This document shows, piece after piece, positions 52,306 to 63,149 of a DNA stretch of 64,000 bases. The position numbers and the translations under genes were made by a program. The notes beneath the pieces are model-generated. The model made no database searches, was not told where the DNA came from, and saw only the letters and a program-made list of their open reading frames with translations. The stretch is from Antechinus flavipes (Eukaryota). The stretch covers positions 246,078,001-246,142,000 of the forward strand of contig NC_067400.1 in the NCBI RefSeq assembly GCF_016432865.1. Direction: 5' to 3'. Numbering within the stretch: position 1 is the first letter of the stretch; every line of letters begins with the position of its first letter.

Positions 52306-52672
52306 TGTCAAGTGGAAGGAAAATGGTAACTTTTTGGAGAGCCTGGGTAGGGCATCAGTCACATTTTTTTGGCACCATCATAATCATTCACATTATCGGA
52401 ATGAGATTGTCACAAAATCTTCTCATAAAAATAATGAATCAAGAGGGGAAAAACAAAACAAAGCATTAAGGAGCATTAAGGTGGTGTCAGAAACCAAATA
52501 ATTGCAAGAATGTGATTTTTCCCAGGAAATTGGTTAATGGAAATGATGAAATCCTGGCCTGACTCTGCCACATTTCCTGCTCAAAGGGTATAAAAGTTGC
52601 TGTGCAGATGGTGCCATACATACTCAAAGACCCTATCCTGAAAATCCATCCACTCCAGTGAATCCTGACACC

Positions 52673-52924
52673 ATGTGCTACTACGGCGGCTACTATGGAG
52701 GCCTGGGCTATGGCTATGGCTCTGGTTATGGCTGTGGATGTGGCTGCTTCCGTGGCCTAGGCTATGGAGGCTATGGCTGTGGAGGCTGTAGCTATGGAGG
52801 CCTGGGCTATGGAGGCTATGGCTGTGGAAGCTGTGGCTATGGAGGCCTGGGCTATGGAGGTTATGGCTATGGCTGCTGCCGTCCATCTTGCTGTGGAAGA
52901 TATTCTTCTTATGGCTTCTACTGA
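52673..52924 (+). CDS. High Gly/Tyr keratin-associated protein, KRTAP20/19-like, 83 aa
   Basis: [10 protein letters not shown]...[23 protein letters not shown] 52589-52595; AATAAA 53213-53218. Confidence 0.92.
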   Translation: MCYYGGYYGGLGYGYGSGYGCGCGCFRGLGYGGYGCGGCSYGGLGYGGYGCGSCGYGGLGYGGYGYGCCRPSCCGRYSSYGFY

Positions 52925-53961
52925 AAAATCCCTTGTAATAACAAGGGCTGTCAAGGAATCTGTAGTCCCAGAAGAACATCACCTTCCATTTCTGTCTGCA
53001 GCTAAGCTATAAGGGAAAGCTACCACAACAGGGTCTAGCAATCCCCATGGTACATTCAGGGCATTGAAGTGGCAGTGACCAAGAAAGAGCAGGACCTATC
53101 CTTCTGGGAAATGATGCAGACTATCTCCTGTCATGAGAGTGATTTCTCCAACAACTCCTTCCCTGAAAGTTGGCTCACCTATCATACATTATTGTGTCTT
53201 TTATGACTTTGCAATAAACTTGTTTCCCTTGCTTACCAAAGTTATTGTTACTTGTCCTGCTTGACCTCTGTCTCCTTAGGTTTCAGTCTCTCATCAAAAA
53301 GAGACTTTCATCCTTGAAGTGCTCATATGTGTCATTGCAGAAGTTTAGATCTCCAATGTATTTTTGCCAACAAGCTGATGCCTCTGAAATTTTCTGTTAA
53401 AAATGACACTATTTTCATGTAAAATGTCTTTCCCAGATTTGATTCTTGCAATTCTTACATATTAGTCCATTAAAATACGTATGCTTCACTTTATTGAAGA
53501 AATTACCTTTGTCTCCTATAATCTCAAACCTTTCTCTCATGTGCTCATAAATGGACAGTGTTTTTATTGTCAAAGTTATAAAAAATTTCACATATACCTG
53601 GTGTCATATTCAGGGTTTGTAAATTCTGAATCCAAGATGTCCTTGTTGATTCCAGAATTCTCTTCCTAGTCTTAGTCTAGGACTGAGGACTGAGTGCTAG
53701 AAATAGAGTCAGGAAAATTTATCTTCATGTGTTCAAATCTTTCTTCATAAACTAAGTAGTTGGAGTTTTGTTTGCCTCAATTTCCTCATCTGGATAATGC
53801 ACTGGAGAAAGCTATATTCTTGTCTTGGACATTCAGATGCAGTGACAATGAATCAAACTTTTTTTCCTCCAAGAAATCTAAATATCTGAAGCACAGTACA
53901 AGTTAATGGCACTCCACAATAATCACAGAGAGAAAAATAATCATGTACACAGTCTGAATTT

Positions 53962-54568
53962 TTTTTGTTTTGTTTTACTTATTAAGCTTTCCCTCCAGTA
54001 CATTTAAAACAAAACAAATTTGCTTTTTTTCTAAAATTTTTGAGTTCTAAATTTTCTCCCTTATCCCCATCCACAATTAAGAAACCCCCAAGTTATGAAA
54101 AATATTTAGATAAAGGTCAAGTAGTCAAAAATACATAGCTCTCCCATGGTAATGAGTATAAAAATCTTCAAGAAAAATTCAGTTAAAAAAGAAACACAGA
54201 GAGATGACAAAAATAAAGAGAATGTCTTGGTCTCTATTCACACAATGAGTTATTTTTCTGAGTATGGGTAGGATTTTTCACCATAAGTCCTTCAGAGTAC
54301 TCATAGAAGATTGCAGTACTGAGAATAGCAAAGTTATCCACAGCTGGTTATCCCAGAACATTGCTATGACTTTGCATACAATATATTTCACTTGGCTTGA
54401 ATTCATGGAGGACTTTCCAGATTAATTTCTTCTGAGAGCATCCTGTTCATCATTTTCCACAAAATAACATTCCATCATAAACACATGCCACAGTAAACTA
54501 TTTAGCTACTTACCAGGGGATGGGAATTTCCCCTCAATTTCCAATGTTTTTGTCCTCAGAAGAGCTGC
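53962..54568 (-). mobile_element. Old truncated L1 3' end shared by several units (copy 5)
   Basis: Near-identical to 35230-35807. Confidence 0.75.
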
Positions 54569-57101
54569 ACACATGCTGAATATTGTCATCTAAATTGTCA
54601 CATTCAGTGGACTGAAACTCTACAAACCAGCTGCACATCTTTTCCAAATCAAACACTGACATGAACATGAAACTTTTACTTATATGAGTGTGAGGATGGA
54701 CGGCATAATAAGAAAATACTTAAATTCTCCTGGCAACTTAAACACACATGAAAAAGAGCACCTGTTTGGCTGCTCAGCAGAATGTCTAATATCCTTTGGA
54801 TTCCTCAGTTCCACTGGCTAAATTGTCCACAAAATCATGTACCTGACACAACTTTGCAAGATACTAGAGCTTGACATTCCACCTGGTACCATAGACAGGG
54901 CTTACTAAATTTTGTAAGTTTTTGTATTTCCACTGGCTTTTAGTAGATAATATCCTCAGCATCCACATTCTGTTGAGTTCTTTCTAAAAATATTTCCAAA
55001 ATGTTGAGAAACTCATTATTAAGAAAGATTACATTAAGGTCAACTGCATGGATGCAAAGCCGTCAGTAAAAGTGAAATCTTCTCCTTTTCAGCCTCATTA
55101 AGAAAAAATATTTTGGTTAGAAAATACAAAAATCAGTTGATTGGGGCAAAATGCTATCCCCAAATCATTGTTTTCCTCCTTTTGGACAAACAGAACGGTT
55201 CTCAATAGCTTGTACTACTATGTGGTGGCCATAAACACCTTAAGAGAACTAGGACAAGTCCCTTAATATCTTCTATACCCCCCAAAATACATCTTCCCTG
55301 AATTGAGCCACTTCAGTGTTAATCTGAAGGACCTTTTACCGTGGTCTGAACTTCTCTGGATGTTTTTCAGCTTAGCCCAAAACAACCACACAAAGAACAT
55401 TGATGCTTACACAAATCAACACTTCCATCTTCCTGAATTTCAATTCCTTTTATTTCATTTCATGAAATCTGAAGTTTGTGTAAGATTTCTGGTTGTCACA
55501 TGATATACTATTGGGCTATCTTATAGTTCAGAATGCAGTTGTAAGAGGACTAGAATCTGGGAGAAGAAATGACACATCTCTGGTTATTCAACAGTTCTTA
55601 GACTGAAGAGTTTCTGATCAGCTACACTTTCTCATTTGGTGTCCACTTTATTTACCATGGACTCAGTCACTTGCTTGCTTTAACATAAAATAATACAGTT
55701 CCAGCTCCAGTTCCAGACCAACATTGCTTCTGAACTCACTGGTTCAACAGGCTATCAGTGGCTTGAATGCATGATCCTACCAATCACATGTTGTTTGCAC
55801 TGCCAAGGACATTCCCACATTTAAGCATACATTGCCTTTACTGTGATTTATAGAAACTACTCAATGTCTCTAGTTGCTCTCCTTTCACTTCCTTTAAAAT
55901 CTCTGAACATCACATTCCTGACCTTCATCTTTAAGACAAACTACTCTCTGAAAGTGTGGGGTGATGTCCTCCTGAGTTAACCAAAAAGTCCAATTGACTG
56001 ATGTTTCATCCCTCTTTGGCTTTGAGATTGGTGGCCAATTACTCGTCCTGGGTGGGTGCTTGACACTGCTTGTTCTCCTTATTGTCTTGTTCCTCTTCCT
56101 CTTTTCTTTTTCTTGCAATTCTTCTTTTTCTTCTTTGTCTTCTTCTTGCTGTTGTTCTTCTTGTTCTGTTTCTTCTCCTTATTCTTTTTCTTTTTCTCCT
56201 TTTTCTTCCTCATTTGGTTCTTTAATAAAACTGATTGATTGAAGTCCAGATTCTGTCTCTTTTCTTTCTTTTACCCATGCTATCTGGAACAAGAGAAAAA
56301 ATATCTCCTTTCATTCCAGAGTTTACAAACAAATCACTGGACACTCACTGATACAGGTGGAGATCAATAATAGCATCTCTCATAAGAGTCAGACCCTCAT
56401 TATCAATAGTCAATATGAAAAAGTTCACTTTGATAAGCATTACACATTTCAAATAAGTCCATACCTAGAAGAGATTTCCTCATTTTGCCTAATTGCAAAG
56501 CTGCCTAGATCTCTTCAACTACTCTCTCATCCTTTCAAGAGCAATACGATCTAGCCAAGTTGGTAGGTTTACAGGGACAGAGATGTCCCTGACCCTCCAC
56601 TTCCACTGCAAATATCATCATAATTGAACAAATTTGTCTGCCCCATATTCACAACATTTCTGGCATTGAAATACTTATTTCAACTCACAAAGTATTCCAG
56701 TTAGACAAGACCCCCCCCCAGCACCTACCTAAAAGAGCTTCTGACTGGTATGCTTGACTCTATTGTTTGCTCACCTAGATCCTCTTTCCACTCATTTGTC
56801 CAATGGGTTGTTCAGGCTCTTCCTCCCCTAGGACTCCTGAAACTCTCAGGAACCACACTTGTCTTGTTAACTCAAACTACCTTTCCTTTTCTGGGCATTT
56901 AACCCTCTTCTGAAGCTGGGCAATCCCCAAACTGGAAGTTTTCATACCCTTTATTTCTCTTCTTTAAATTAATGGTGTTCCAAGTACTTGCCAACCTTCC
57001 TTAATGCATGGTGTGTGGCTTCTATTTGCCTTTGCAGAGACTGGCTGTCCAGCCTGCCCAGAAAATTCTCCTCTCTCTTAACTTTGTTCCCAATATTTTC
57101 T

Positions 57102-57487
57102 TTACTTTTTCTTTTTTTAATACATTTTTATTTACAAGATATATGCATGGGTCATTTTTCAGCATTGACAATTGCAAAGCCTTTTGTTCCAATTTTTCCC
57201 CTCCTTCTCCCCACCCCCTCCCCAAGATGGCAGGTTGACCAATACATGTTAATTATATTAAAGTATAAGTTAAATCCAATATATGTATACATGTACATAT
57301 AGTTATTTTGCTGTACAAAAAGAATCGGACTCTGAAATAGTGTACAATTAGCTTATGAAGGAAATCAAAAATGCAAGCAGACAAAAATAGAGGGATTGGG
57401 AATTCTATGAAGTGGTTCATACTCATTTCCCAGAGTTCTTTCTCTGGGTGTAGCTGGTTCTATTCATTATTGCTCTATTGGAACTGA
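57102..57487 (-). mobile_element. Duplicate of the 38364-38748 L1 insertion
   Basis: Same TSDs (57088-57101, 57488-57501) and near-identical sequence. Confidence 0.85.
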
Positions 57488-58309
57488 TCCCAACCTTTTC
57501 TAATCCATTACGCTCACAGTTTGAAACCCACCAATGGTGGGCTTGCACACTTCTCCAAGTATCCTGTACCTCTGCTTCTAAGATCTTCTCCCATCAACTC
57601 TCCCTGTTTGTAGCAAGTCCCTCTGTGTTTACATGTTCTCTCTGGTCTTAGGATTTAAAAGCCAGATATGGAGTGATTTCTTATATCCCTCATGTGAGGT
57701 TAGTGGAGAACAAAGTACAGAAACTGAGGAGGAGATTTGTGCTTTCTGATAAGTGTTGGGTAGATGGACTCCATCAACATGGTCTCCATCACAATCTCTA
57801 CTTGAATCTGAAATTTGTATGGAGTTTTTTGTCACAACAGTCACAAAAATCATTAATTTGAATTAATTTGAATGAAAGAAGATTTCATGGCTATGATGAA
57901 GTATCAAACAACCAGGAAACCATGTATAATGGAAGGAAATTGTTGATGTTTTGGAGAGCAAAGCCATGAAGCTTGGGTAGAGCATCAGTCTCGGGTTTTA
58001 CCATACCTTTGGCAACATCATAATTGTTCCATTATGGCTATAAGATTGTCATAGAACTTTCTCAGAAACATAATGAAACAAGAGTAAAAAACAAAAACAA
58101 AACATTAAGGAGCTGGTGGTGGTGTCAGAGACCAACAATTGCAAGAATGAGATTTTACCTAGGGAATTTGGTTAATGGAAATGATGAAATCCTGGCCTGA
58201 CTCTGCCACATTTCCTGCTCAAAGTATATAAAAGTTGCTGTGCAGATGGTACCATAAAACTCAAAGACCCTATCCTGAAAATCCATCCACCCAAGTGAAT
58301 CCTGACACC

Positions 58310-58561
58310 ATGTGCTACTATGGAGGTTGCTATGGGGGCCTGGGCTATGGCTATGGCTCTGGTTATGGCTGTGGATGTGGCTGCTTCCGTGGCCTAGACT
58401 ATGGAGGCTATGGCTGTGGAGGCTGTGGCTATGGAGGCCTGGGCTATGGAGGCTATGGCTGTGGAGGTTGTGGCTATGGAGGCCTGGGCTATGGAGGCTA
58501 TGGCTATGGCTGCTGCCGTCCATCTTGCTGTGGAAGGTATTCTTCTTATGGCTTCTACTGA
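58310..58561 (+). CDS. High Gly/Tyr keratin-associated protein, KRTAP20/19-like, 83 aa
   Basis: [10 protein letters not shown]...FRGLDYGG...[23 protein letters not shown] 58227-58233; AATAAA 58832-58837. Confidence 0.92.
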   Translation: MCYYGGCYGGLGYGYGSGYGCGCGCFRGLDYGGYGCGGCGYGGLGYGGYGCGGCGYGGLGYGGYGYGCCRPSCCGRYSSYGFY

Positions 58562-60469
58562 ATAACCCCTTGCTACTGGGCTATCAAGGAATCTGTAGTC
58601 CTGGAAGAACATTACCTTCCATCTGTGTCTACAACTGGGCTACCACAACAGGGTCTAGCAATCCCCATGGCACACTCACAACAATGACGTGGCAGTGTCC
58701 AAGAAGCAGCAGGACCCTTCCTTCTGGGAAATGATGCAGATGCAGACTCTCACCTGTCATACTTCTCCAACAACTTCTTCCCAGAAAGTTGGCTCACTTC
58801 TCATACATTAATATGCCTTTTATGACTTTGCAATAAACTTGTTTCCCTTGCTTACCAAAGTTGTTGTTACTTATCCTGCTTGATCTCTAGCTCCTTGGAT
58901 TTCAGTTTACTGTCAAGAAGAGATTTTCAGCCTTGATGTGCTCAGCTGTGTCACTCCAGAAGTTTAGGTCTCCAATACATTTTTTTGGTAACAAGCTGAT
59001 ACCTCTGAAAATTTCTATTCAGAAATGAATTATTTCCACATAAAATGTCTTTCTCAGATTTGACTACTGCAATTCTTACATCTTAGTCCATTAAAATACA
59101 TATGCCCCATTTTACTGAAGGAATTTCCTTTGTCCCCTATAATCTCAAACTTTTCTGTCATGTTATGCCCATAAATGGACAATGTTTTTACTGTCAAAGT
59201 TTCATATATTATTGGTTTTATAATCATGGTTTTTAAATTCCAAATCCAATATGTCCCTATTGATTTCACAATTGTCTTCTCTGTCTTAGTTTGGAAAGCT
59301 TGGTGAAACAGAGGATTGAGTCAGGCTTTTAGTGGGAAATACTCTCAAAACCTTCACTCTTTTGAGTTCTTTCTAAAAATGGTTAAGCAATTAATCGTCA
59401 GGAAACATTATATTAAAATCAATTCCATGGATACAAAATCTTCAAGGAAAAAAATCTCTTTTTCACCCCTCATTAAGCAAAGAATGTTTTATTTTGGTTA
59501 GCAAATATTAAAATCAGGTGGTTGAGGCAGGATGCTTCTCTAAATCATTGTTATCTTCCTTTTTGTCAAACAGACGTGGTCTAATACTTACACTATATGA
59601 TGAGCATAAAACATGTTAAGAGAGTAAGGACAAGTCCATGAATATCTTCTAAACCCAAAAGTCCTTGTTCCTTGAATTGAGTCACTTAAGTCTTAATCTG
59701 GAGGATCCTTTACCATGTGGTCTGGAATGCTCTGGATGTTTTTAAGTTTAGCCAAAAACCACCCATGTATTGAGTAGTGCTATATACACAAAACAATTCT
59801 TTCATCTTCCTGAACACCAATCCCTTATATTTCACTTCATGAAATGTCAAAGTTATTGTGGTATTTCTGGATGTCAGGTGACATTTATTGGGCAACCTTA
59901 TGCTTTTGATTGCAGTTGTATGAGGACTAGAATCTGGAAAGAGATGACACATTTCTGGATGCCCAAGAGACTTGAGTTCATTTTCTTCTGGGAGACTAAA
60001 GAATTTCTTAGGAGCTGCTCTCCCTGAAAGTCAAAAACTCCTTCTTTTCTCTCTGCTACACTTTCTCATTTGGTGTTCACCTTATTTACCATGGACTTAC
60101 TTACTTGCTTAGTTTGATATAAAATAACCCAGTTCCAGCTCCAGTTCCAGACCAGCATTTCTTCTGAACTCACTGGTTCAACAGCCTATCCATGGTTTGA
60201 ATGTATGATCCTATCAATCTCATATTGTCAATACTGCCAATGACTTCCATATTTAAGAACACATTGTCTTTTCAATGGTTTGTGGAAACTATTCAGGGTC
60301 TCTAGCTGCTCTCCTTGCATTTGCTTTCTCAACCTTCAATTTCAAGGGAAATTGCTCTCTGCAAGTTGTCCAGTGATGTTCTCCTGATTAAACTTAAAGG
60401 CCACTTCAAATTGACACTGCTGCTAAATTACCCTTCCTGGATTTGCTTGACCCTGCTCTTCCTGGTTGA

Positions 60470-61200
60470 TTCTCCTTCATTGATCTTTTTATCTTCTTGT
60501 AATTATTTTTCTTCTTCTTCATATTCTTCTTGTTGTTATTCTTGTTTTTGTACTTGTTTTTCTGCAATTTCTTCTTGTTGTTCTTACTCTTATTTTTCTT
60601 TTTTTTGTTGTTCATCTTCTTCATCATCATCTTCTTCTCCTNNNNNNNNNNNNNNNNNNNNNNNNNNNNNNNNNNNNNNNNNNNNNNNNNNNNNNNNNNN
60701 NNNNNNNNNNNNNNNNNNNNNNNNNNNNNNNNNNNNNNNNNNNNNNNNNNNNNNNNNNNNNNNNNNNNNNNNNNNNNNNNNNNNNNNNNCTACTCTCTAT
60801 AAATTGTCCAGTAATGTCCTCCTGTGTAAACCAAAAGGTCACTTCAAAGTGGCTGCTGCTTCATCAACTTTGACTTTGAGACTTATGGCCAATTACTCCT
60901 TCTGTTCATGCTTGATCCTGTTCTTCCTGTCTGATTGTGCTTTCTTGTTCCTGTTCTTCTTTTCTTCTTCTTGTAATTCTTGTTCTTTTTCTTCTTCATC
61001 TTCTTGTTCTTCTTGTTCTTGTTCTCCTTTTTTCCTTCTTATACTTCTAGTTCTTTTTCTTGTTCTTGTTCTTTTTCATCTTTTTTCTTATTTTTGTCCT
61101 ACTTGTTCATCTTTTTCTTCTTGTTCTTCTTCATATTAATCTATTTCTTCTTCTATTACTACTTCTTCTCCTCCTTCTTATGCTTCTTTCTTATTGTGTT
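60470..61200. repeat. Two CT-rich tracts separated by an N-gap and a second copy of the pre-tract spacer
   Basis: Tract 60470-60641, gap, pre-tract 60790-60925, tract 60930-61200. Confidence 0.85.
60642..60789. other. Assembly gap (148 N)
   Basis: N run at the CT tract. Confidence 1.
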
Positions 61201-62915
61201 CTTTAATGTAAAATGACTGACTCAAGCCCAACTTCTGTCTCTTTTCTTTCCTTTATCCATGCTATCTATAATAAGAGAGAAAAATCTCCTTTCATACCAG
61301 AATTTACAAACCAATCCACTGGACACTCACTGACACAGGTCAAGATCCACAATAGCAATTGTCATAAGATCCAGATGCTCACTATCAACAATCAATATAA
61401 AAAATTTCACTTTGATAATTATTACAAATTTCAAATCAGTCCATATCTAGAACAGATTTCCTCATTTTGCCTAATTGCAAAGCTCCCTGTCTCTCTTCAA
61501 CTTCTCTTCTTTCAGGAACAACAATATCTAGCCAAGTTTACAGTGACAGAGACTTCACTGAGCCTCCACTTCCATTGCAAATATCACTGTAATTGAACAA
61601 CCCCATTTGCTCTGTATTCACAATATTACTGACATTGAAATACTTTTTTCCAATCACAAAGATTCTCACATAGACAATATCCACACAGCACCACTTCAAA
61701 AGAGCTTCTGACTGGTGTGCATGACTCTTTTGTTTGCTAACCTAGATCCTCTTTCCACTCAGGTGTCCAATGAATTGTTTAGACTCTTCTTCCCCTAGGA
61801 CTCTTGAAAGTCCCAGGCTCCACACTTGTCTTGTAAAAACTAACTGCCTCTCCTTTTTTGATCATTTAAAGATACAGCTTCTGTCTGGCATTTAGCCCTC
61901 TTCTGAAGCTGGGTAATTCCCAAACTGGCAGTTTTCATATCCTTTATTTCATTTCCTTAATTTGATGGTGTTTCCGGTGCTAGCCAACCTTCATTCAAAC
62001 AATAAATGACATGTATTTTCTATTTGCCTTTGCATAGACTGGCTATCCAGCCTGTCCAGAAATCTTTCCTCTCATCTAACTTGCTCTTCAACATATTCTA
62101 GTCCATTAGTCTCATTATAGTCCATCTTCTCCCAGTTTAAAACCCAACAGTGGTGCATGGGCTTGCTCACTTCCCTAAGTATCCTGTGCCTCTGCCTCTA
62201 AGATGTTCTCTCGTCAACTCTCCCTTTTTGTTGCAGTCCCTCTGTATTTACATGTTCTCTCTAGTTTTAGGACTTTAAAGGCAGACAAAGAAAGGCATTC
62301 TGTAGCCATTACTTATATTCCTAATATGAGGTTAGTGGAGGACAAAGTGTAAAAATTGGGGATTTCTGTTTTATCTGCTTTTGGAATAATTGTTGGATGG
62401 ATAGACTCCAACACACTCTCAAGTCAAATCTGAAATTTGTATGAATCTCCTATCACTGGAGTGTCAAAGACCATTTATTTAGAGAAAGGATTTGACGGCT
62501 GTAAAGAAGAATCAGAGCCAAGAAAGCATGTATAATGGAAGGAGGATGGTGACATTTTGGAGAACAATGCCATGAAGCTTGAGTAGGGCATCAGTCACAT
62601 GCTTTAGCATACCTTTGGCAACATCATAATCATTCATATTATGGGAATGAGATTGTCACAGAACCTTGTCAGAAAAATGATGTATCAAGAGGGAAAAAAA
62701 CAAAACAAAACATTAAGGAGCTGGTGGTGTCAGATGCCAAACAATTGCAAGAATGAGATTTTTCCCAGGGAATTTGGTTAATGGAAATGATGAAATCCTG
62801 GCCTGACTCTGCCACATTTCCTGCTCAAAGAGTATAAAAGCTGCTGTGCAGAAGGTGCCATACATACTCAAAGACCCTATCTGAAAATCCATCCACCCAA
62901 GTGAATCCTGACACC

Positions 62916-63149
62916 ATGTGCTACTACGGCGGCTACTATGGGGGCCTGGGCTATGGCTATGGCTCTGGTTATGGCTGTGGATGCGGCTGTTTCCGTGGTC
63001 TAGGCTATGGCTATGGAGGCTGTGGCTATGGAGGCCTGGGCTATGGAGGCTATGGCTGTGGCTGTGGAGGCTATGGCTATGGAGGCTATGGCTATGGATG
63101 CTGCCGTCCATCTTGTTATGGAAGATATTCTTCTTATGGCTTCTACTGA
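62916..63149 (+). CDS. High Gly/Tyr keratin-associated protein, KRTAP20/19-like, 77 aa
   Basis: [10 protein letters not shown]...[23 protein letters not shown] 62833-62839; AATAAA 63438-63443. Confidence 0.92.
   Translation: MCYYGGYYGGLGYGYGSGYGCGCGCFRGLGYGYGGCGYGGLGYGGYGCGCGGYGYGGYGYGCCRPSCYGRYSSYGFY

Larger units (their letters stand above)
52880..58670 (+). repeat. Recent segmental duplication, copy B
   Basis: Offset of about 18.73 kb from copy A (52673-33939=18734; 58310-39570=18740). Confidence 0.9.

Noticed and set aside
36543-59952. Recurrent spacer ORFs containing FHFMKS-like peptides (36543, 41515, 50794, 55303, 59770)
   Set aside because: Recurrence reflects unit duplication. Starts, stops and lengths differ between units and other units lack the ORF.
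18436-61216. Lys/Glu/Arg-rich and Phe/Ser/Leu-rich ORFs (for example 18436-18942, 28776-29003, 60315-61139)
   Set aside because: Translations of CT-rich tracts and N-gaps; not conserved in frame between units.
6437-63111. Minus-strand His/Ser-rich ORFs ([18 protein letters not shown]...) opposite nearly every gene
   Set aside because: They are the antisense reading of GGC-TAT/GGC-TGT repeats. Stops and lengths vary and no antisense promoter or polyA signal is evident.
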